A stretch of DNA of 64,000 nucleotides, taken from contig JAXLNO010005313.1 of assembly GCA_038087875.1 (NCBI GenBank), forward strand, positions 186,001 to 250,000, in the 5' to 3' direction. Of this stretch, positions 1 through 11,954 are shown piece by piece; within the stretch, counting starts at the first letter, position 1; each line of letters opens with the position of its first letter. The notes under the pieces are model-generated. The model ran no database searches. It saw only the letters and a list, made by a program, of their open reading frames with translations, and had not been told where the DNA came from. This DNA is from Malacoraja senta (taxonomy: Eukaryota). The position numbers and the translations under genes are program-made.

Positions 1-69
1 TCACTAGAATGTGTACTGTGTAAACCACAAGTCTCCTTATATAGGATGGGATGTTCATGGTTTGGGAGC

Positions 70-480
70 AGGTCAGAATATCCCAGGCTAATACCTGTAA
101 TGGGCAGGTAGCCTTGCAAGGAAAGGTTTGACAGGTTAGCCTTGTAACCACTGAAGATTAGAGTCAGCAGGAACATAGGATCCTGATGATCTTGACAGAT
201 TGGACTTGTTTCCTCTTTTGGGTGAATCTAGAACTACAGGTCACCATTTAAAAATAAGGAGTTTTCCATTTAAGACAGTTGAGATTATTTATTTTTTCAG
301 AGGATCATGATTCTTTATAAATCTCTTCTTCAAAGGGTGATGGAGTCTTTGAATATTTTCAAGGCTGAAATAGATAGATATTTGATAATCAAGGAAGTGA
401 AAGTTAGTGGGGGTAGATGGAAATGTGCGGTTGAGGTTGCATTCAGATTAGCCAGAACAGACTCAAGGGCATTCATATCC
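70..480 (+). mobile_element. Degraded CR1-type LINE 3' fragment
   Basis: Resembles the 3' ends of other CR1 copies here (gaatctagaactacaggtcac...tttaaaaataagg; aaggctgaaatagatagat). Boundaries approximate. Confidence 0.6.
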
Positions 481-515
481 ATGTGCCGATCTAAAAAGCC
501 TCTTAAACACCACTA

Positions 516-749
<234 letters not shown>

Positions 750-786
750 CTAAATAAAAGTTAGAGGGTAACAAGGCAAAATATTC

Positions 787-995
787 TGAAGATGGACACA
801 AAAAGCTGGAGTAACTCAGCGGGACAGGCAGCATCTCTGGAGAGCAGGAATGGGTGAAGTTTCTGGTTGAGACCTTTCTTTCAACCTGAAACATCACCCA
901 TTCCTTCTCTCCAGAGATGCTGCCTGTCCCGCTGAGTTACTCCAGCTTTTTGTGTCTATCTTTGGTTTAAACCAACATCTGCAGTTCCTTCTGGC
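787..995. mobile_element. Palindromic Penelope-like terminal-repeat insertion with 16-bp TSD
   Basis: Arms ~790-870 and ~881-961 are reverse complements. Flanked by direct repeat ACAAGGCAAAATATTC at 771-786 and 996-1011. Same sequence as the 3' end of the GIY-YIG-bearing element at 52938-53474. Confidence 0.85.
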
Positions 996-1043
996 ACAAG
1001 GCAAAATATTCCACCATTTTGCAAATTGTAATCTACAGTAATT
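914..1043 (+). repeat. 130-bp target-site duplication, left copy (right copy 4931-5060)
   Basis: gagatgctgcctgtcccgctgag...gtaatctacagtaatt occurs on both sides of the L1 with one mismatch. Confidence 0.9.
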
Positions 1044-4000
1044 TTTTTTTTTTTTTTAAATTTTATTTATTAGAAGTACATTAAATTACAAACAATTACA
1101 TTAGTGCACACCACGTATATCTTATTACATTTAATGTACTCCTTCATTTTTTAAAGCTTTTAAAAGAAAAAAAGGTTGAAATTAAGAAGAAAGAGAAAGT
1201 AAAAGAAAATAGTGTTAGTGTAAAAGCGTGTCAAAAGGAAAGAATAAAGACCCTGTAGACAAGAAATTAGAGAAAAGAGATTAAGAGATAGACCCTAGGA
1301 AAGAAAAAAGAGAAAGAAGAAAAAAGAGAAAAACAGATGCTCTATTATGAACATCATGCAAAAGGGATATACCAACTCACCACCTTTCATCCCCCTTTAC
1401 CAAGTCCAGACATCGGTACCTTTTTAAAGTACTGTTGCACCTTATGCTTGTAGTAGTTCTATAAATGAAGACCACGTCCTATAAAAGTGATCTGATTTGC
1501 CTGCCAGGAGGAGTCTTATCTCTTCCAGGTGTAATGTTTCAAACATATTTGTAATCCACATGTTTATAGTTGGTATAGGAGCATTTTTCCAGAATTTTAG
1601 GATAAGCTTTTTTCCAGTTATTAACCCGTAATCAAATAGGTTCTTTTGAAACACATTTAGTTCAGGGCTACCTTCTGTTGTTCCAAAGATAATCCATTCT
1701 GCTTTTGGTATCAGTTTTATTTTAAATAATTTTGTAAAGATTTCAAAAATTTCAATCCAAAATTTTTGAATTTTTGTACAAAAAACAAATGAATGCGCTA
1801 TAGTAGCTTCTTGAGACTGACATTTAAAACAGATAGGTGATACGTTGGATTTTTTTCCTAATTTTGGTTTTTGAGTAATATAATCTGTGTAAGATTTTGA
1901 ATTGAATTAAAATGTGTCTTACATTAATCGAGCATTTGTGCACATTTGATAAATGTTCATTCCACCTCTCTTTTGAAATTTTAATAGCTAATTCTTGTTC
2001 CCAGTCTCTTCTAATACCTTCCGTTGTTGGTGTTTCTACATTTAAAATAATATTACACAAATAAGATATTAAATTTGCTGATTCGGCTTTTGTCTTCATA
2101 GCTTCGTCCAGTAAATCTAATGGCATATTATAATAGTCTTTTGTATATTTTTTCAGATAATCACATATTTGGAAATATTTAAAATATTGATTGTTTCCCA
2201 GATTATATTTTAGTTGTAATTGTTGGAATGATAGTAATTTTCCAGTTTCATACAAGTCTCCAAGCGTTTTAATTCCTAATCTTTCCCATTGTATAAATGA
2301 TTTGTCTATAATGGAGAGTTTAAACGAAGGGTTATTAACTATTGGAGATAAAAGCGATAGATTTCTTAATTTTAAATTATGTTTTATTTGTTTTCAAGTT
2401 CTAATTGTACTATGTATAATTGGATTTTTGTTATAGTTTATGTTATTCAACTTCATTGGTGAGAGGAGGATCACTCCAATATTACAAGAGGAGCAGTCCT
2501 CTCTCTCCATTATAATCCAATCCACCTGCTGGGAAGAGTTGTCCATCAGTTGAATCATATTTTTAATATTTACTGATCAATAATAGTACATAAAGTTAGG
2601 GAGTGCTAAGCCACCTAATACTTTGGGTTTATTCAAATGTGTTCTTTGTATTCTATGGGATTTATAATCCCATATAAAATTTGTAATGTCTGAATCCAGT
2701 TAAAAAAAAAACTTTTTTGGTAGGTATATAGGAATTGATTGGAATAGGTATAGAATTTGTGGTAAAAAAATCATTTTTATAGCATTTATTCAGCCTATTA
2801 AAGACATCGGAAGCGTTTTCCAGAATTTAATTAAGGTATTTAATTTCTTAAGTAGAGGATTATAATTTGCGTTGAACATGGCTTGATATTTTCTGGTAAT
2901 TTCAATACCCAAGTATTTAAATTTTTCTGTAGCTATTTTAAAAGGAAATTTTAAGAGGTGTGTTGAGTCTTTCGGTTTTATTGACATAATTTCACTTTTA
3001 TTCCAATTTATTCTGTATCCAGAAAAGGATCCAAAATCCTCAATTAAATTTAATGTGTTTTTTATCGTAATTTGAGGTTTTGTGATGTACAATAGTATAT
3101 CATCCGCGTATAAAGATATTTTATTATTTGAATATTTTGTATTGTAGCCATGGATATTCGGATGTGTTCTAGTTCTTTCCACTAGAGGTTCAATTATAAG
3201 AGCAAATAACAGCGGTGATAATGAGCATCCTTGTCTATAACCTCTTGATAATTGGAATTTCGTAGATAATATGTTATCAGTTAATATTCTAGCTGTAGGC
3301 TTATTATATAATAATTTAATCCATAGGATGAAATTCTCTCCCAATTGAAATGTTTGTAATACTTTAACCATGTAATTCCATTCTACTTGATCAAATGCTT
3401 TTTCTTCGTCCAACGAAATAATTGATAATTCTTGTTCTTCGGTTTTGTGTGAGTGCATTATGTTGAGCAGACGTCTCAGATTATTAGATGAATGTCTCTT
3501 AGGGATAAACCCTGTTTGATCCGGATTTATTAATTTACTAACATACTTAATCTTCTAGCTAATGTTTTCGCTAATATTTTTTGATCTGTATTTAACAGCG
3601 CGATAGCTCTATATGAACCGGGTTCTTATTTATCTTTGTCTTTTTTAAGTATTAATGTGATCGTTGATTCAGCTAGTGTATCAGGTAATGTTTGTTCTTT
3701 AAAGGCATATTTATACATTTTCTGTAAACGTGGTATAATCTTGTCATAAAAACTTTTATAAAATTCATTACTAAATCCGTCAGAACCTGGAGTTTTTCCC
3801 ATTCTTTAATGAAGTTATTGTATCTTCTATTTCCTTAATTGAGATTTGTGCACCCATTTCCTCTTGTTCCTTCAACTCTAATTTTGGAAGATTACAATTA
3901 TCCAAGAACTCTGTGACTTTATTGGTGTCCGTTGTCGTTTTGGATGTGTACAAATTCTCATAAAATTGTGCAAATCTTTTATTGATATCATTCGGTAAAG

Positions 4001-4930
4001 TTAATGATTCCCCTCTATCTGATTTAATCTTTTGAATCGTGTGTTCTTTTTCTCGTTTTTTAGCTGAAGAGCCAAGAGTTTGTGTGGTTTATCCCCAAAT
4101 TCAAAGTGTTCCTGTCTTGTAATTTGTAATAGTCTTATAAGTTTGGCTGATAATAATTTATTTAATTTAAATTTCAGAATTATTATTTTATTGTGTTTAT
4201 CCATAGTTGGATCTTTAGCATTATCTATATCCAGTTGCCTAATTTGTTCTTCTAACTGTCTTTGTTCGTTCTTGTTCTTTTTACTTTGAAAAGTTTGGTA
4301 AGAAATTATAACGCCTCTAATAAATGCTTTGAAAGATTCCCATAATAAAGTGGGCGATATATCTGGAGTGTCATTTATTTCAAAAAAGAGGTCCATTTGT
4401 TTTTTTAGATATATACTCCCTTGCGGGTCTTTTAAAATTTGAGGATTAAACCTCCAAAACGATTTGTTCTTAGACATTCCTTCCAGTTTTAAAAAGATAG
4501 TTAGCGGGGAGTGATCTGAGATCGAGTTGGTATGGTATTTTGGGTTTAAAGTATAAGGGATTAATTTTGTATCCACCAGGAAATAATCTATGCGTGAATA
4601 TGTTTTGTGTACCATTGAATAAAACGAGTATTCCCTGCCAGTCGGATTAGCGATCCTCCAAACATCTGTTATATTGGTATTATTTATGTATGTATTTAAG
4701 AGTTCACTAGTTTTAGATTTCGTATTACCTCTCTGTTTTTGCCTAGATTTATCTAAATACGGATCTAAAACACAGTTAAAGTCTCCTCCTATTATAACAT
4801 TTTGGTAATTAGATTCTGCAATTATATTCAGGATTTTATTGAAAAAATGAGGATTATCAAAGTTAGGCGCATATATATTTACCAAGGTAATTGGGGAAGC
4901 GTGGATCTCTCCGGTACCTATCAAATATCT
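1044..4930 (-). mobile_element. 5'-truncated L1-clade LINE (disrupted ORF2, 3'UTR, poly(A))
   Basis: APE endonuclease (VNIYAPN, IGGDFN, YSRIDYFLV, SDHSP; 4001-4924). RT (SLDEEKAFDQV, RQGCSLSPLLF, YADDILL, KYLG; 2790-3458). C-terminal CFKC..H..C knuckle ~1775-1835, stop at 1442, AATAAA ~1062-1070, poly(A) 1042-1057. Frameshifts present. Confidence 0.95.
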
Positions 4931-5922
4931 GAGATGCTGCCTGTCCCGCTGAGTTACTCCAGCTTTTTGTGTCTATCTTTGGTTTAAACCAACATCTGCA
5001 GTTCCTTCTGGCACAAGGCAAAATATTCTACCATTTTGCAAATTGTAATCTACAGTAATTAACCTTAAGTTGGTAGCATCTATGTTCACTCCAAACAAAG
5101 GAAATGATAGACCCATAGGTACTGTCCTCTTTGACTTAACAGAGTTTTGAAGCCACTCTAGAAGCACTGTGGGTGTCCTACTTTGAAGACCTATTGTTCT
5201 GAGCTTCAGCGTTAGCTTTCTAACAAGGGGAGTTAGCACTAAGTCATTCAGGATAACAAAGAGAGAGAAAATGACAGAAGGAAGAGAAGTGCAATTGAAG
5301 GATAGCAAGGGAAGGAAATAATTCATTTGGAAACAATCATAGTGCATAGGCTATGCTCTGAACTGCAACTACACAAAACAATATCAAGTACAAGCAATAG
5401 TAAAATACCCATCATTGATTAAATTCCCTGTATACAGTGAAATTAGTTAACAGTTACTTGATTTAGAATGGAAAAGGAGAATGACGTAGAGGTTAGGAAT
5501 CCGTATGGTTACTCTGGAACTACATGAGATGCACTATAGTCGTTATTCTTAAAATAAGTGAATTATGATTTTCACAAGCTCTGGAACAATGCCCCAAACA
5601 TAAAGGGTACCTAGACGGTACAATAGATGTTGTGAGTGAACACTTGAAATGGAGTACCCAAGGAGACAGTGAAGACAGACAGTATTTGAATGTAAAAGGG
5701 TGAAAAGGATAGACATTGAACGGCATGAATTATTGTTAGGAACCGATGGAATCCAATTTTAGAAGCAGTATCCAATGTGCATATGTAATAACATTCTGCA
5801 TATACTGAGGGTGATCAAGGGCAATTGGTTATCTTAACAAGTACGGAGATCTGCCTGATGAACAGGTCAGTTTAGCTTATGTTCTGGTCCATATATAAAT
5901 AACTGTACATGTGTGGACTTAC

Positions 5923-6034
5923 CTCCACTGCTACAGTGAGAAAGTACTTATTGAACTCTTTAGGACTGCATCGAAGAATATAAAAGCCTTTCTGATTCCC
6001 AGCCTTCTTGATTTTATTCACAGCAAATTCCATC
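5923..6034 (-). CDS. JAK2: JAK2 coding exon (human exon 10 equivalent, 112 nt), SH2-like domain
   Basis: MEFAVNKIKKAGNQKGFYILRCSPKEFNKYFLTVAVE; cag acceptor and GAG|gtaagt donor. Confidence 0.97.
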
Positions 6035-6485
6035 CTGTTGCAGTAAGTGAAACTCAAATTATTTTTGACATTTTCTTCCTTGGAGACTGGCATTATCAAT
6101 ATGGCACATCACAACAATGAGGCCTGAACTTCCTGAGTTCAAAGAAACCAAGGAGAAGCTGCTTGAAATGGTTTATTTCACTTCAACACATTTGGAAGGT
6201 ATGTTAGTCTGGAAAACTACCCTGACCCGCTGAACGATGGAAAAGCACATTTCCAGATGTGTGTGCTCAGCAGCGTGTACACTTTTCCCTGCCAAGTTTC
6301 TGCTGTGATCATGGCCAGCTGTTTGCAAAGCTCCAACCCGGCTTGGAAGTATGAAAGCAGTTAAGAAAAAAATCAACTTCCGTCAATGAAACACACATTT
6401 ACAATTACCCTAGTAATGAAGTTATAGTCAACAACAAATCTACTGTTAAATTCAAAAATTGAAGGCGTCGTACAAATATTATATA

Positions 6486-6790
6486 GGGCAGCACGGTGGC
6501 GTAGCAGTAGAGCTACTGCCTTACAGCGCCAGACCTGGGTTTGATCCTGACGATGGGTGCTGTCTGTAAGGAGTAGGTACCTTCTCCCCATGACCTGCGT
6601 GGGTTTTCTCCGAGAACTTTGGTTTCCTCCCAGACTCTGAAGACGTACAGGCTTGTAGGTTAATTGGCTTGGTATAAATTTAAATTGCTCCTAGTGTATG
6701 TAGGATAGTGTTAATGTGCAGGGATTGCTGATCGGTGCAGACTCAGTGGGCCAAAGGGTCTGTTTCCGCGCAGTACCTCTAAACTAAACA
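6486..6790 (+). mobile_element. tRNA-derived SINE, HE1/V-SINE type
   Basis: tRNA-like head (ggcagcacggtggcgtagcagtagagc...gggtttgatcctga), central domain (ttctccccatgacctgcgtgggttttctcc...ggtttcctccca), CR1-like 3' end and ctaaa tail. Multiple copies in the window. Confidence 0.8.
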
Positions 6791-7039
6791 AGACAAGATA
6801 TAAAACCGCAACTAATCTTGACACGTGTATTTCAGATTGAAAAATACACCATCAGGATGGGCAAACATATACCTAAATCTTAGTAAATATTTAGAAATGT
6901 AGATAGCTGTCAAACTATTGTAATTTTAAAGGGGCAATAGTCCTGTCAATGTGTATTTGAAGTGTTCTACAGTACAAGGGCAGCAAGGCGCTGTGTTTGA
7001 AGTTTCTGTTATCTTTGTAACAGCAGCAGGGGGATCCAC

Positions 7040-7650
7040 TTGGCAATGGCCAAGAATGCACACCAATGCCATAGAAGACTCAGGAAGTTTGGCATGTCCC
7101 CAACAACCCTCACCAACTTCTACAGATGTGCCATAAAAAACTTTTTATTGAGATGCAAGACTTTATAGTTTGGGAACATCTCCATCCAAGACTGCAAGAA
7201 ATTGCAGAGAATTGTGGATGCAGCCTGGACCATCACACAAACCACCTCGCTTCCATTTACTCAATTTATACCTCACGCAGCCTCGGCAAGGCAAGCAGCA
7301 TAATCAAGGATGAGTTTCACTCCAGACATTCCCACATCTCCCTTTTCCCATCAGGCAAGTGGTACAGAAGTGTGAAAACACACACCTCCAGATTCAGGGA
7401 GTTTCTTTCCAGCCGTTATCAGGCAACTGAACCATCCTATCACCAACTAGAGAGCAGTTCTGACCTTCCATCTACCTCATTGGAGACCCTCGGACTATAA
7501 TTAATCAAACTTTATCTTTTTTCTTTATCCTATATCTGTAGACTGCTTGAATGGAATCACGTATAGTCTTTCCACTGACTGGACAGCATGCAACAAAAAA
7601 GCTTTTCACTGTCGTTCAGTACACATGACAATAATCTAAAGTAAAGTAAA
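7040..7650 (+). mobile_element. Rex1/Babar-type LINE 3' fragment
   Basis: C-terminal motif KASSIIKDEFHSRHSHISLFPSGKWYRSVKTHTSRF; 3' end gcttttcactgt...gtacacatgacaataa with a (taaag)n tail. Confidence 0.65.
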
Positions 7651-7794
7651 CTATCTAGGTACCCAACTTCCATTTACTTGGGACATATCCCAATGGCCAA
7701 CTAGTTTTCCTTTTGAATGGTTTAAAAGGGTACATTCTCCAGTTTGGTTATAGCTTTAGCTTGCAAATTCTTCCTAAAGACAGTTCAGTACTTA

Positions 7795-7953
<159 letters not shown>

Positions 7954-8269
7954 CTATTTTAAAAACGGCAATCCAAGTAAACAACTGAAAACATATAAAC
8001 ATGTAACTTAAAGATAAGAAATTTCACAGCTGTTCTTGCACATATTGTATTAACGCCACTGTTTTTCTGTGGTGCACATCTTAGGGTATTGCAGCCTTAG
8101 GCTAAGTAACAATTGTAAGTGCAAATAATGGTAAACTTCTGAATCACTTCTGTGGAGTGTCACATTTGCGGCCAGCAACTCACATTCTAAGAATTATCAA
8201 CTCGTGACAGCTTTGGTCTGAAAAGCACCAGTTCCTTGCATCAAACATGTTATCGCATAGTCATCAAAA

Positions 8270-8590
8270 GAAAAATACTGCAGATGCTGGACATCTAAAA
8301 TAAAAACTGTTAGAAATATTCATCAGATTAGGTAGTATCTGTGAAGAAATGAATCGAGACAATGCTTCAAATGGTGATTTTGAGATGAATTGTCATTAAC
8401 CTGAAGTCAATCCTGTCATGATTTATCCACAGAAGATAGACACAAATTGCTGGAATAACTCAGCGGGACAGACAACATGTCTGGAGAGAAGGAATGGGTG
8501 AAGTTTCGGGTCATGACTATTCTTCAGACGCCTTTTCCACAGATGTTGCCTTACATAACCTAGTATTTCCATCATGTTCTGTTTTAACCA
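8270..8590. mobile_element. Degraded Penelope-like terminal-repeat fragments
   Basis: aaatactgcagatgctgg...; gacacaaattgctggaataactcagcgggacag...gtttcgggtc...tcttcag. Confidence 0.6.
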
Positions 8591-9389
8591 CATGACCTTC
8601 CAGTTTAAAATAAACTGCACTGTAGATTATGGTAGAATAATTCATTGAAATGTTCACAAAACTGATTTTGCCAACAGACAAACAAATTTATTAGAACACT
8701 AAAATTAGGTTTCCTTACAAAGGAAGAGTTCCTCTGTATTACCTCTTTAGTGAATGGGAGCAGGTAGCCTGCATTTATATCAGTGCCAACCAATACCATT
8801 CCAAACTAAGTAGGACTGTTTTGTTTCACATCAAGCTTTTTTTCATTTTGGAACGCGGAATTATGTGAAGCCAATCTATGCTATTTCAGGGCAGTGTTAA
8901 CTTTTCTAAGTTCCTATTCACAACTGTCACTTCGCACACTAATCTGCAGCAATACCCACTACTCAATCAACAACTAGGAACTTGCAAGCTGTAATATTAA
9001 ACAACCTATCAGATAAGCTAGAACTCAATAATCTCCATTCATAATTTTCATCAAGCTAAACTAGTGGAGGTAAGTGTGATGGATCAAGTAAAAACCATAG
9101 AATAATGGTTTATAAATATTTAAGGCCTCTCAAACCTTCTTACGATTCAATAAGACCTCCACATTATCTCCATAAGACAACCACCACATTAACTCCTCTC
9201 GACTACCCAAAACCTATCTATATTTCTTTAGTGCACCAGATCTCTGAATCTGAGCCCAAATTTACTCAAAAATTATCATCCATTAATCCATATATAAAAC
9301 TGCACTGTATTCACACTGCCTACTGCTAAATAGTTTAGCAGTAGGCAGTTTAGCTAAATAGTTTAGCAGTTGGTATAGTTTAGCAGTTG

Positions 9390-10230
9390 GTGAGTAAACT
9401 TGCTGTCAACACCAAATTTGGAGGAGTTGCAGACAGTGAGGAAGTCTGTCAGAAGATATAGCGGGATGTATATAGGTCAGCTGCAGAAATGGACGGCAAA
9501 ATGGTAGAATGGCAAGACCCTTAACAGCAATGATGTGCAGAGGGATTTTGGAGTCCAAGTTCATAGATCACTGAAGGTGGCAGTACAAGTGAATAAGGTG
9601 GTAAAGAAGAAATATGGTATTCTTGCCATCATTGCGAGGGGCATTGAGTATAAGAGTCAGGAAGTCACAATGCAGCTCTATAAGGATTTGGTTAGGCTGC
9701 TTTTGCATTATTGCATGCAGTTCTGGTCACCCCATTGCAGGAAAGATGTGGAGGCTTTCGCGAGGGTGGAAAGGAGGTTTACCAGAATGCTGCCTGGATC
9801 AGAGTGTTTCAGCTATGAGGAGAGGTTGAATAAACATGGATTATTTTCTCTGGAACTTCAGAGGTTCAGGGGAGAAGACAAATGTACATAAGATTATGAA
9901 AGGCATAGATGGTGTACACAGTCAGAACCTTTTTCTAAGGGTGGAAATGTCCACCACTATGAGGCATAGATATAAAGTGAGAGGGAAAAAGTTTAATGGA
10001 GATGTACGTAACAAGTATTTTACACCGAGTGTGGTGAGGGCCTGGAACGCATTGCCGGGGTGGTGGTGGGGATAGATATGATAATGATGTTGAAAAGGTT
10101 TTTAGAGAGGCACACCCAAGTGCTCTGTACAGAGGGATATGGATCATGTGCAGGCAGATGAGATCTGTTTAGCTTGGCATCATGTTCGGCTGTTTCTGTG
10201 TTGTACTGTGCTATGTATGTTCTATGCCTA
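9390..10230 (+). mobile_element. CR1-type LINE 3' portion
   Basis: QRDFGVQVHRSLKVA...YCMQFWSPHCRKD...RRFTRMLPG (ORF 9535..9891), then VVRAWNALP and a tatgt-type tail. Confidence 0.88.
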
Positions 10231-10984
10231 ATGCTGTATGCAACTGATCTACAAATGTGGGGATTCCTTGTGAAAACTCTTCATGTTTGCAACATAACTA
10301 CCAAAAATTATAATGAAAAGAATGCATTACTGACATATATATTTGGTTTTCCTCATACCATTATTTTCTCATACTATTTCCAATGAGGCCATTAAAAATA
10401 TGGGAGTAAATGTAATTTAGATATTGTGTGGCCTATGCAGTGGCAGCAAATGAGGAAGAGGAGGGGGGTCTCATTATCTATCAGGCCCACTCAGCTACTG
10501 AGCCAGCCAGAAGAGGCTCTGTGCACAGTGGTTATCTGCGCCAGCCTTACCCCAGTAGAAGGCAGCTGGAGGCAGGCTGGAGGAACCAGGAAGCACACAA
10601 TGACAAGAGCATGCATCGAGCTGGACTTTAGAAGGTATGGTCAATCTCTCCATACACACAGGGCCATGTATAACCTTAATACCAGCCTTTGCAGAGAAGG
10701 CACACAGAGGATTATACATTTCAGATAACTGTGGTGTGGCGTTTCAATTTTTTTCTACTGAAAACTTTAATATTCTACCACATACTCCTGTGAGTTAGCC
10801 GGAAATGGAATGAATTAATTTTAAGATTAGGTCAACAGGTTTTGTCCACCATTAACTTTTCCCTAATATAAAAAAAACATTTACTGCATGTGTTTATTTA
10901 CCTTGAGAGTAATGAGGCCTACAACATACGGACATCTTCCACCGAGTCCACACTTTTGGTTTCTACTAATGCAGGTCGGCGTAG

Positions 10985-11565
10985 CAGTTAAACAGTCCCA
11001 AAGCAGAAATAGTTCTGTTCTATCCAGAAGGGGCTGAGCACAAACCGATGCACAGATGCGGCTGGCTGTGTCTGAGTGAGTGTTGTGTCCGGGGCACTCT
11101 GGGTGTTCCGAAACTCCGGGAGGCTTATGGAGTGCACGGAGTCAGAGTTTGGAGCGGTGGGCGTGGGTGGAATGGGACGACACATTTGTGGGCAGCTGTG
11201 TCCACAAAGTGGGCTGCTGGAGGCCCTAAAGCAGCCTGAGGATTGCTTGGATCGGGCGCCAGCACACAGTGACACAGCAGCATTTTCACCAGACCCTGCA
11301 AACTGACCCAGCGCAGCTGCCAGGACCACAGGCCTTTAACACCAAAATAATAATCCATATTTTTAAGATCTCTGAACTTGAAGATGGCATCAGAAATGTG
11401 GTGACTCTTGCGTACTGCCACAGTGTAATTTATTATTTGTACACTCTTGTTTTTAATGTAGATTGTGCTTATGTATAGTAAGAGTTTTACTGAATTGTAT
11501 ACAAAAAAAGAATTTGACTGTACCGAGATACATGTGACAATAAATTACCATTAAACGATTAAATT
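10985..11565 (+). mobile_element. GC-rich non-autonomous retroposon-like element with Rex1-type 3' end
   Basis: GC-rich body without a credible ORF, ending in actgtaccgagatacatgtgacaataaa plus a short-repeat tail, like the Rex1-type 3' end at ~7600-7650. Confidence 0.45.
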
Positions 11566-11954
11566 GAATGACTTAACCTCTCAGCAAAACAATCATTCTC
11601 ATATTCCATCTGTTCACAACCTTTCTCTGCAGGCTTTAGCTACAAGCTTTCAGAATTATTACTGATAAATATAGCTCACATTTCATACACAAGTCTCAAT
11701 ACATTTAACCACATTTCAATATATCCCTCAACCACCCTTAATTCTAGAAATCACCGTAATTGCAATTACATATTTAGAACAGAAGTCAATTCTATTATCC
11801 TTTATTCATTTATACCCAGATGTGTTTGGCAGTGAATAATTTGCTTCTATCATCATTTTCAAACTTGAAAATCTGAGTCAAACCTCCCAGGTGATTTTTG
11901 CAATGTAACCAAGCCAACTCTTTTCACCTATTGCACCAATAAAAGCCGTCAGAC

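Noticed and set aside
6486-6560. tRNA gene
   Set aside because: The tRNA-like head continues into a SINE body and tail found many times in the window; no full cloverleaf.
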